A stretch of DNA of 64,000 nt from Ascidiella aspersa (lineage: Eukaryota). Position numbers and translations under genes: made by a program. The stretch is taken from NCBI GenBank assembly GCA_963924565.1, contig OZ004613.1, positions 23,002,001 to 23,066,000 of the forward strand, read 5' to 3'. Below, piece by piece: positions 25,177-35,871 of the stretch (positions are counted from its first letter, which is position 1; each line of letters starts with the position of its first letter). The notes beneath the pieces are model-generated. The model had not been told where the DNA came from, did no database searches, and saw only the letters and a program-made list of their open reading frames with translations.

Positions 25177-28100
25177 TTTGCTAGGAAGCCCGGTCTCTCT
25201 TCTTGGTGTATGTTTTTAAAAGGAGTATCGCGACACAGCAGCGTGTCAAAAACGGCTCAGCATTAACAGATTACGTCAGGCGGTTTACAAACAGCACAAA
25301 GCCCTGGACTGTAAAGGGAAATTGTTTTTACTTAAAAGCACGCACTCCTCACAAAAAGAGAGCGCACACAGATTTGACGGCGTAAACAGCATAAACCAGA
25401 CTGGCATTGGGCTGCTTAAAAAGGCTACGTAATTTGCTAAGCTAGACCTGCAACGCCTATTAAACACACAACACCACACTTAATGATACTAATAAAAAAA
25501 TGATAAGGCTGAACGTGCTAAGAGGCTGCTGCAAATTTCCCGTCAGTAACCAACTGGGGTTTCACAGGCCGCGAACAAAACGTATCTCGCAACAGAAAAG
25601 ATTGTTCTGGTAAACACCTACACATCATCATAGAAGCGTCTGTAGAGAAACAACTCCCGTGAGCATATAGCGCAGGCTGACTGCGAGCTTGGCGGCAGAA
25701 TCGTACACTGTCATCAGCAGTCCAGCAGCGCGACTGACTCGCCGCTGCTTTTTCGGCGATTACGAGCCACTCGGCAAATTACTGTTTTCGTCGTCACGTC
25801 GGTCCGCTTTGGCGAGGCGAAATGACCGAAAAGAATGGGCTGGTTGTGCAAACAGTTTCTGCCTCACTAAACCGCGTGCCGGGGCACTCTGTTCGTTCGT
25901 TTGCTTTCCACACAGCAAACTTAGCGGGGAGCCCTTCACGTAATAAATAGCTGCGCTCGCCTATTGTTCGCGAAGTTTCTGTCCGCGCCACAATTGAAGC
26001 TCGAATTGACGTTTTGCCAATCGCGCAAGCTATGCACGAAAATGCGGGTTTCGAAGGGTCGCAACCTGCCTTGCGTTGCTAAGAACCTAACACTGGCTGT
26101 TAAAGCGTTCCGCTCAAATATTCCCTGGGTAAACAGCAAGGACAAAGTACAGCTTAATCAGGGCGTCAAGAATCAATACCGAGCAAAAGAACTGACAATT
26201 CGTTTGCTAATCGACTCCTGGCAATTACTACACGCCTCGCACTCAAAACGTAGCTTCTGGCTATCGAAGAAGCGCCTCTACCTGATATGGGCATACAGTC
26301 TCAAATCGCCCGAGGACTAACTGCGGCATACCGAAGCCGGTCGACTTACGTTCTAAACGTCGAGCAGCGGCAGTTTTGTCGTCGGCTTTCGACAGTAGCA
26401 AGGTACCTTGGGGACCCAGAAGACAGGCGGGCCTGAGACCGGCCGGCCGAGAAAGAAAGTTTTTCACGGGTGCGCACTAACACATGGGAGTATGGACAAT
26501 AAACGACGAGCCGCGGCAATTAGTTCCGATTCGCACTTTGCTGCTAGTTGGGCAAACTACGTGCGCGACGGGGCCTAAAACCGACTGAGCGAACAGCACA
26601 GTGCAACTAGCAAGCTGGCTGCGTAGCCAAGCCGTGCTCTAATTATTTATTCAACAGCGCGAAGGTCGTTATAATAGGAAGTGCAGCGCCAAGGACGAGG
26701 ACCGACCGGCGCTGTCTGCGGCTGAGATGTTAATTTAGCTGCTGGACGTTACAACAGAGGGGTGTAGCTAGTTGGCTCACCGTGGCTAATGATTAACTGG
26801 TCCTACGACATGGCAGCTCGGTGCATTGGCAATTGCACATGTCAAACACCGGTTAATCGCTTATATGTAGTTATGTACACGTGTTGCGTCTATATAATAT
26901 CAGCGACGACCCATGGAAATCTGGGGACAGCACAGAACACAACACCAGTGCACCAAAATACCAGAGGTGAGCAATGTTCAAACTCTAAATGCCATTGCGC
27001 TTTTAAACTTTACTTAACACTTTGACGCTTGATTAAACAAAGTTTCCTACACACCCTATTCAATTATAAAATTGTTAAAGTCAAACATTAACAAACACAC
27101 ATATGTGCTTTGTACGCTACAGGGCAATAGACAACTTGACACAACGAAGCAAAATAGGTGGCATATTTTCTTATTATAAAATATTTTCATCATTTGGAAT
27201 ACTTTTTTGTTGATATATGTTTATACATTCAGGTTTTCAACAAACCACACCAACAAATCATATTCGGGGAATGCAAATAGACCTGTAAAATAACATCTCA
27301 GAAAAGTGCACCTTGCAGCTATGTGTTTTTTTTTTTAATTAAACAAAGGTGGTAGCGATTGGCCCAGGTAAACATATTCAGCGACCTACCTTTATAAAAA
27401 GCACAATTTTTTTTTCTTGGTTGTTACCAGGACTTTCATTGCTGTCACCATTGACAACACAGCTTTCACTGGATGATTTCTGTTGAACCAATCATGAAAC
27501 AAATAAATAAAGATTTCCAAATTTAAGGATCATGCAAATCTTAAAAATAAATGTTAAAATGATAGTACCCTTGCTTGTTCATTACTAATTTATTTCTGTA
27601 AAATATAACTTCACCCAATGCATGCTTTAAAGGGAATAAAACATAAACGTCATTAATTTTTTTTCCAATGTTTGATAAGAACTTAGATTTTGAGTTTTGT
27701 TTAATATAAAAAAGGATGGGTTAGTAATATGACTTTATGTATTTCGAGTTAGATTGAACCTTGATAAAGAGAAAAACAACGTTTTCTGTTTGTTCGCCTT
27801 CAGGATTGATAGTTCGAATTTCAGGCTCTTCCTGGAATTTAGAGTTTTATGCAACATTGTAAGTGAAATAACGGTATTATCAAACTAAGTTCTGCGGACC
27901 GATTGCAGTCCACCAGAAAGTTAAAATCGGGCTTACAGCATCGTTCAGATTCATTAACTGATGAACCATAAATTTTATTTGATAGTAAATAATTATGTAT
28001 CATAATATAAGTATATACTTATTTTATTTGTAAGCATATTGTTTAGATTTAAGGGACCCTTTTCATTCAAGTAATGCCAAAAAGTTAAAAAGTAATAAAG

Positions 28101-31100
28101 CATATATACGGAAATAGCCGGACAACCTTGTTTTATTCCATTAAAAAAAAAACTTAGGGATTATTACCAACTCATATATTCAGACATTTTTTTAAATTAT
28201 CACAAATTTGCATTGACCTTCAGCATAAACCAAATTGCCACATTTTGCATAACCTTTTATCAGTAACCTATATGCGATGTTTGACTTTAGATATAAAGCT
28301 GGGGTATATTATCATTTTTCGAAAACATGTAATCAAAACCAAAGTTTAAACCCTAACTTAAACTGCCGATGGTGACTTTTAAACTTTACAATAGGGTACA
28401 TAAATGCTAAATCGGCCAAAAAAACAACAAATATAACCATACATCCTCCGTCTTAAGGTTTTCAATCCCCTGAACAACTTGGTCAGCCATGCTTGCTAGA
28501 GGCACAGGTTCCGCTTTTTCTCCGTTAAGTGATGATGCAGAAGAGGTCTTCTCAAAGTCGAATTGATGCGGCGGAGGGGGCAGGTCGTCCTCAGAAGCTT
28601 GATCTGATTGGTAGTGATGCAAGTAGTCCTCGGACTGTTGTTCAGCAGTGTTGTTGTTGTCAGGGTTAGCGTATTCACTTTCACCCTATTGAAATTATTT
28701 GAATAGGGTTTTCAATACAGGAAATGTATTTAGTAATACATCTGCAAACTAAAGCAAAGTAAAACTCAAGAACATACTTAAAACAAACCTTTGACTAAAA
28801 ATTTAAGCAGTGATCAAAAATCCTATCACATTTTCATCCCGGGGGTTTATTGCTAACATTATTTGGGTTAGGCTGCAAATTAGATTTGGTTATGAGAGGG
28901 TCAAGTATTGTTATTATATTTACAGTCCCATATTTATTTCATCCTTGTAATTTTAATTTTAAAACGTTTCCTTGCTGCAAAAAAAGTGGTAGGATTTTAG
29001 ACCAACGCCAAAACTTGTGCTGTGGACATACACTATAAAGAGTTTTACTCGTATTTTGAGTAACAAGCCAAACCATATTATAAAATTTGCGTATTAAATT
29101 GCTTTTCTGGTTTAGTTTTTTCCAACCAGTCTCACTCTCAACCTTTCTAACTGAATGGATTTTACTGTTATGCTGGTCACTACATTTGATTCAGTGCGGA
29201 GTAGGCCAACTGAATACAATGAATCACATGGTAATCTAAACAAACTACTTTGAAGGCAATACAATGCTGCGTGTTGAAAAGGAAATCGTAGGTAGATGAC
29301 GCAAGCGATTCTCGAAGTAAAGGTACCTACTCTGCCCAACTGCACAACTTTTTAGTCTTCAATAACTCAAAGTATATATTCGCTTTAGGAAGACATTCGA
29401 TCTGCGTTGGGCATATTCTGTTCTAAAAAAGTGCCAAAAACGGCAGACCAGCGTCCGCATATTATACACATATACACAATGCCTGCATTTGCAACAACTT
29501 AAGAATGTACTTTTCAAATCATTTCCTGTGGTACTGATGTGACATATTGTTCGTGCAGGCCTCTACGAACCAGAATAGTGGCACGAACAAGGGCCCAAGT
29601 ACATAAAAGAGTCTTCTGCACTGTGTCAAGTGTTCGTGATGACACCACGCTCTTCTGCCCACAGTCGAGCTTGTTCCTATGATAGCCCTTCGCGAAACGT
29701 CTCAAGCCTTTATATAGGACAGCCACCATGTTTTCCTTTATTAGGAAAAAACTAAGACTGATTTCCCTGAAAATCTGTCTTTTGTATTGATAACAGTTCT
29801 ATTTGATCCGCCAAATAGTGTGTAACTTAAAACAGAGCACTTAACACATTTATGTTATAGACATAGACTAAGGTTTAACATCAGAAATCCGACAGTCGGT
29901 GTTTAAACGTATGTAGGCTACAGTAAACCTTGTATGCCCTACATATGTGACTTGTGTAGACACGTGTGGTTTTCGCGCCCCGTTCGGGCGTAACTCGATA
30001 CCCATACTTTCCAATGGATTTTCATTTGCGGGATAGCCAGACTGTGGTAAAAAGAGTACACCATTGCAACAAATTAATGTGGCCGTATTTAAAAATCTGT
30101 ATTATAAGGCTATAAGATTGGTGCCTTTACCCGTAAACAGGTGACAACATTGACATTAAGGTCCGCTAAAAGATGGTATCGACAACAGTTTGACATCAAT
30201 TTTGTTTTTAGCTATGTTTTACAATACAACGTGTGGTTTGGGTACACTAGGCACGGATCTGTAATGTAGCTTAATAATAAATTTCAAAGCCAAAAAGGTC
30301 GAGTAGATCGACAGCATTATGCTGTCGATCTAACTCGACCTTTTTGGCTTTGAAATTTATTATTAAACGTGTGGTTTCCTATCTGACAAGATAAAATTTC
30401 CCCAAAATACAGTAATAACCACTAAACGGGTTGCCAAACATTTTATCTAAAGCTAAACAGTAGGCTAAACGTTATGGTTGACACGGTAGGCCTATTTGCA
30501 TGATCCAATTTTACCTCTCATTCTTTGCAACAAAACATATACTTTAGTTTGACTGTTGAAGTTTAAGTGTTATCGCATTCCCTACGGGCGATCTTAGGCA
30601 TAAACCATGTATGACCAATGGTAAGAACGGGTGTGGGTTAGTTTTTGGTAAATAAAATGAGTAGGACTCGGGACATGACGGAGTCAGTTTATTTTGCTGG
30701 AGTCGAATCAAGTAAACAACGTAAGACTAACCGAAGCCGATGTGCGCATGCGCAGTAATAATTTCGAAATCGATTATTGAATGTTTTCCAATCACGCGTT
30801 GTGTCTAAATGAGTTACATAATACCCCGCGAGTGTTAATTGATGTATATTGTATGTCCACCCTATGTTAGTTAAGTAAATGGGTGGAACGTGGAATACAG
30901 GCCGCAGAGTCGCACTCCGGACACGGGAATCCCACTCGAGTTTATTTTTTGTGGAGTTCTATCAAAATTTACGGCACCCTATGTTTTATAGTGTGTAGTT
31001 AACTTAACATACGTTTGCTATAGATAATCATGACGGAAAAACGTTATGACTAACTGGTTTTCAAGAAAACAAGATGTAACAGTCGCGTTAAAAGTTAAGC

Positions 31101-31583
31101 AATACCGCCCACTGGCGGATAACATATTTTTGTAAAATAAACTTCAATAAACACAGTTTTGATAGAATATTTTGTAAAGTCAATTTAGATAACTTTATAA
31201 TACGTTTATTTACATGCATTTGTTGCTATTATTATGATAACAATAAGACATAAAATATTAGTATAACTTAAAGCTAGTTGTTTTGAACAGTAGTAATATA
31301 TTGGGTTTAAGCACCACTTGGCTGCAGTTTTTTTGAAGTTGATATATAAAGGAAGCAAATATATTACTAAATATTTTCAGAAAACCCTATCAAAGTTTTT
31401 ATTTCAAAGACACAATGATACAGATTTTAAACCAAGCAGTCCTTTGTAAATGCTACAGCTCTTGTATGGCAATCAATTCGATGGCCACTTGACGAAAAAA
31501 GCTATCGTACTTTAACGCATACAAGTGTAAAATAAAAAGCATAGGCTACATACCTCGTACACTGGGTCGTTAGTGTTATCCAT
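10594..31583 (-). CDS. CLIC: Chloride intracellular channel (CLIC), long isoform of 349 or 355 aa: exons 31583-31554, 28685-28443, (27831-27760 or 27479-27390), 18708-18599, 16807-16566, 15382-15198, 10761-10594
   Basis: Core exons give [72 protein letters not shown] and EEFTQTCP, all CLIC hallmarks. Upstream exons are phase 0 with canonical splice sites. Confidence 0.85.
12031..12542. mobile_element. hAT-type MITE (TIR cagacttggacaactag; subterminal TTAGA/TTAGAA repeats)
   Basis: 17-bp TIR; exact 8-bp TSD ccctgtaa. Confidence 0.9.
15198..15382 (-). CDS. CLIC: CLIC exon (acidic foot loop and ADCNILPKL)
   Basis: cag| acceptor, |gtggg donor, conserved DG..T.ADC.LPKL motif. Confidence 0.93.
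15457..15620. mobile_element. Fold-back family B remnant, copy B3
   Basis: aagccacaaaggtcgagtagaacgacatcat...gacgtttcgatac is homologous to B1/B2. Confidence 0.6.
16566..16807 (-). CDS. CLIC: CLIC exon (KPKQL...[13 protein letters not shown]...YPPRYPKL...DIFAKFSA)
   Basis: cag| acceptor, |gtaagt donor, conserved motifs. Confidence 0.93.
16842..17174. mobile_element. hAT-like MITE about 35 bp from a CLIC splice acceptor; relative at about 56194-56508
   Basis: cagtggttctcgacc...ggctgagaaacacag; ggtgcc motifs; imperfect TSD beginning tgtta. Confidence 0.7.
17335..17749. mobile_element. hAT-type MITE, same family as 12031-12542
   Basis: High similarity to the first copy; exact 8-bp TSD cactaact. 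Confidence 0.9.
17845..17973. repeat. Imperfect inverted repeat (hairpin)
   Basis: ataaaactcaaagtt..caggatcagacattt pairs with aaatgtctgatcctg..aactttgagttttat. Confidence 0.75.
18599..18708 (-). CDS. CLIC: CLIC exon with the CPFS active-site motif
   Basis: [37 protein letters not shown]; cag| acceptor and |gtgag donor. Confidence 0.94.
19376..19565. mobile_element. Small MITE
   Basis: Inverted ends gggttgccacaaaatttgaa / ttcaaagtctttgtggcaaccc. Confidence 0.6.
25081..25176 (-). CDS. CLIC: CLIC alternative first coding exon (short isoform), ends INLFVK
   Basis: ATG, LFVK motif, |gtaag donor. Confidence 0.88.
27390..27479 (-). CDS. CLIC: CLIC alternative internal exon ([30 protein letters not shown])
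   Basis: cag| acceptor, |gtaggt donor, 90 nt, phase 0-0, ends in LFIK. Confidence 0.75.
27760..27831 (-). CDS. CLIC: CLIC alternative internal exon ([24 protein letters not shown])
   Basis: cag| acceptor, weak |gttcaa donor, 72 nt, phase 0-0, ends in LFIK. Confidence 0.72.
28443..28685 (-). CDS. CLIC: CLIC long-isoform acidic, low-complexity N-terminal exon (GESEYANPD...DDLPPPP...LKTED)
   Basis: tag| acceptor, |gtatg donor, 243 nt open, phase 0-0. Confidence 0.78.
30240..30365. mobile_element. Fold-back element family B, copy B1 (31-bp tail plus near-perfect ~47-bp-arm hairpin)
   Basis: Exact 12-bp TSD aacgtgtggttt (30228-30239, 30366-30377). Confidence 0.8.
31554..31583 (-). CDS. CLIC: Probable CLIC long-isoform start exon ([10 protein letters not shown])
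   Basis: Strong Kozak context caccATGG and a phase-0 GAG|gtatgt donor. Confidence 0.6.
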
Positions 31584-33756
31584 GGTGAATAAATGTCAAG
31601 CTTTTTAGGTGCGCTATCTAGAGTCCCCAAAAACAGCAGGGAATTAAATGACTTGAATTATTTCTGAAAACAAGAACGTATAAGTTAAAAATTTTCACTT
31701 ACTGCAGACTTGTCACTAGACATCGATAAATAGCTTTCCCACTAAGCAATGCTTGGAAGACTCGTTTAATTTCTTGGTAACCTAAGCCAGCCTGGTTGAG
31801 TCGTGAGACAGCCTGTACGGATAGTGGGTCTTATCCAATATTACAGCAGCACCCTTTACACAAGCCTAATAACCAGCGAAGCTAACCTACTTATGTCGCT
31901 ATCAAATGGATTCAATATCGAAAGCGGTGTAAGCCTATCTCAGTTTTTCATCGGATTGAGTAATCGGGACAACCGAAACAAGCAGTTGACGTTTATTACT
32001 ATGCCTAACCCGACTTATCCAAACATATTTATTTGCCAAAGCTCCATTCAAAAAAGTTATTTAAGGCAACATTAGCATGGTACAGTATACGTTGATTTAC
32101 TGGTTACTATTCTACGATTACATTTGTTTCACTTGCTTGTTCCATTCAAAAAAACTTTCGTTTTACAGTCTTTATACATAAGCCCATACATAAGCCCTGA
32201 TAAGCTAGCCACAGCCTTTTCGTCACACAATACACCTTTCTCTGCTGTCAGGAAAGCCAAACATGCTGAATAGCGACGGAAGAATGGCGATGTAAGCTAG
32301 TAGCGTAATGTTTGTTGGTTTTTAATTTGCGCTATTCACACCAGGCTGAAAGTGCCTTTGTCGTTGAAAAGCTAAAGGCGATTGGTATTTCATTGCATTG
32401 ACTTATACACTTTTCAATTTGTCCTTTAGTCTGCCACTAGCCTATTCTCAAGACGGGCAAGACCGTGTGATTTTTTAAAGCTTGATCTCATTCACAAACA
32501 GTTGCGAGTGTAAAACGTTTTCGTCAGGTCTGTCCGCAACACTTTCAAGCAGACTTTCGAAACTGTGAAAGTCCTAGCGATCGACTCACATAGACTTTAT
32601 GGGCCTCTCATCTCAACTGTCGCAGTCAAGGGCCATTAAACTGGCTGTAGTCATGTTCTCAAAGGACGTTTTGCCCTGACCACACGTCTCCGGGCTCTCC
32701 TGAAAGCCTGCGAGGTCGACGGCCGTCATATTTACTTTAGCCCTTTCTTCAATAATTAACTGCAGAAGCACACGCGCAAATTACGCGCTCAGTTAGCTCG
32801 ACACGTCACTGAAAGCAAACTACATTGTTAATGGCCCTTTATTAAACCCTAATGCTGCATTGTCTTAATACCGATCTGTAAAATTTTCACCGACAGGGCA
32901 TTTCGCATCGGTTGACTTTCAACCCACTTGAAATCTGTCAAGTAATGTAGGTTAATTGCGTAACCTTTTTGTTCTGATTTCATTTCATGGTCAACCCGTT
33001 TTGCAACAGAAAAATCAAGGTCAGGCCTGGATCTAGGATTTTTGTTTAGAGGGCATGAATGTTTTTCAGATATAACACCACAAAGTTACGTCATAACGTG
33101 GCGTCACAACGTGAAGTGACGACAAAGTTATTCTAAACGTGACGGGATAAAGAAGTAATCTTAAGAAAACTTTGTTCAAGTTTTATGTTGGATAGGTATT
33201 ACGTTTAATGGAAAAACTCACGCAAAGCAAAAAAACGTCATTAAATCGTTTACGTAGTAAACTTTGAAACGCACGACTCATTTGGACTGAAACAAATTTA
33301 TCAAAAGGGTAAATACATACTAGAAACATGAATTGATATATACTAGAAACAATTTTTTTATATTAATAGGCAAAAAATACAGTTTGTTAGGGTCATGGCA
33401 ACGAACATATCAAAATACTTACGAAAGCCATTCTTTAAAACAATATTTTTTGCCAATTTACTATATAGGCCTAATTTCAATTTTTTGTTGTTATGTAGTG
33501 CTTTTCCAATTTTGACTTATTTTACGACTTTTTGCGTTTGAAGAAATTATTGCTCATCAGTCTAAAGGCGCCGTGCACACTATCTCATATGTAGTTACAA
33601 GTAAAATCATATTTTGAGAAACGGCAATTAATTTACACCTATAGCAATTTACAACTCACCTTCTTACAATTCGCAATTGTGGCATGTTGCACAACTCCTA
33701 TTAACTTTATATACTGACTTACAGAATTACATTGCTAAACTAACGTTTAGCTAAAT

Positions 33757-34217
33757 CAGGGGTGCACAACCTTTAGGCTTTTGTCGGCAGCATAAACAGA
33801 CTATATATTTTTCTCACGGCCGCCAGAAGAGATGATATATAAATTTGTTTTGGAATTTGTTCGATAGCTATAGTTGTATCGGCGCCGATCTTATACCAAA
33901 TTGATTATGTATTTTCGCCATGATTAGCTTCATAATGCAGTGAATTTAACCTCGAAAGGATTAGTAGACAAAACTCGCTTTAGCGTTGACAAGTAAACAA
34001 TAAACTTGACGAAACTTGTCAACGCTAAAGCGACTTTTGCGTAATCACCTGGAAAATAACCTTTTAGGCCTTTAGGCCTTAGAGTTTTAATATTGGATAT
34101 ATGAATATTGTCACAAATCACGTCGTAAGTTAGGTAATCTTAAAAAGCTTGCAGTGGCCGCATAAGTAATTGTCCAATGCCACATGCGGCCGTTACTGCC
34201 ACAGGTGTGCACCCCTG
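33757..34217. mobile_element. hAT-like MITE
   Basis: TIR caggggtgcaca / tgtgcacccctg; near-TSD agctaaat / agcttaaa. Confidence 0.75.
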
Positions 34218-34885
34218 AGCTTAAAGAAACCAACGGTATCAAAACGACCCTCACGTGGTTTGTCGGTTTTGCATTTAAGTGCTTCTGCACAATTTGTGCA
34301 AAGTTTTTATTTATCTGACAACACTGCCTGTATAATGCTGATCATTGTGCTGTTTGAGGTTAGTTATAATAAATCTCCTATATGATGTGGAAAATTATGG
34401 CTAAATCGTATCGAACTACAACCCACGTATTTCAAGAAGAGTCCATCATACAGCACTATATAAGGCAGACAAACTGCAGCCTGAAAAATTGTAATATCTT
34501 GCTTATGAACATAGAAATTGCTGCATTCGATTTGGATTATTTCTGAAACTTCTGCGAATTATAATTATAGTCAAATAAATACTCTCAACATGTGTATCCA
34601 TTAACACGTATGACCTTTTCACTATATTTATCTTATATTTTTTCCATATCTTGTTGTTCAACATTTGTTTAGACAAAAACACACATGATAAATTCATTTT
34701 CAGGTTTTATGTAATGAACGCATTGACCCGTGCGACAAACGTACTACAAGGCAGTTTGATCCTATTTTATTCTGATACATACGTCCTCAAAATTTTGAAA
34801 ATAAAGTATACAGTCGTCCGAGCCGGTACCAAATAACGTCATTGTTGTTGGGTAAACTTATACGTAAAACTGCGACAGGCTAAGC

Positions 34886-35871
34886 CAGTGGTTCTCAACC
34901 TTTTATGCTTCGTGGCCCCCTTTGAAAGGCTCTCGATCCTCGTGCCCCCCCCCCCCCCTGCTTTCAAAAATACTAAGCATTATGTTTAAAGTATTTTCAA
35001 TGGTTTTACTTTTTTACGTTAATAACCAATACAGCCATTAATCCACGAATAAATGCACTTACTTTCTAAAAATGTAACAAATACGTCATTTTAATTTAAA
35101 TTAACTTAGTTAGTCATTACAAATCTTGTTCTTCGACGCCACCAAGCTATTTTTTATATTCGGCTCTGTTTTGTACTGAGCCAAGCGATATCACTACATT
35201 AGTCGAAATGATTACTCGATTTTCGTTTTGTTAATGCGCGTTACTATTAGCCTAAATGACAAGCTGCATAAACCCCACTGAATGTTGGCCTAAAAATGAC
35301 CTTTTGAAAACCCGGTAGCGTAGTTTATGCGTTTTACAGTACGGTGAAGTGTTTCTTTTGCAACTGAACGCCCTTAAAGGAAATTGCGAACCGTTGCACC
35401 TGTCGATACACACTAGTTGCTCGCCTAACAGCATTTGTCAGACACTTAATGATTAGGCGAAGGGTATCGGCAAGTAATAATTGGCCGCTCGAAAAACGCT
35501 GACGCCGCACAATACCTGACTATCTACAAACAGCATAATAATTGTTTCGCCACAGCGACAGGTCTCTAACCAAACTTGTCACTCGCGAACGACCAATTAG
35601 GCGCAACTTTCCGCGATAAAACGAATGAAAAGGATATATTATTCTACTTTAAACAGCCCTACTGACGAGTCAAAGCAGGTGTCAGAAAAATGTGTTACAA
35701 AACGTTACAAGAAAGGTGTACACTGTGCAGTCATAATAAAAACACAGAATTAAGTTAGGCTAACTGGTAAATTTGTGGTGACACTTTGGTTTTCGCAATA
35801 TCTAGCTGGAGAGTTATGCCGGTGGCCCCCCCCCAATGACCGCTCCGTGGCCCCCCAGTTCAAAAATCTAG
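34886..35871. mobile_element. hAT-like non-autonomous element of about 1 kb
   Basis: 5' end cagtggttctcaacc; gtggccccc subterminal motifs at both ends; 3' TIR decayed. Confidence 0.6.

Noticed and set aside
29670-29706. GC..GC-GAAACGTC resembling a hammerhead 3' half
   Set aside because: No CUGANGA or UUGANAA core at the correct spacing and no family context.
29514-29729. 71-aa ATG ORF on the CLIC strand as a candidate first exon
   Set aside because: Ends in a stop with no suitable in-phase donor; the 31583-31554 exon fits better.
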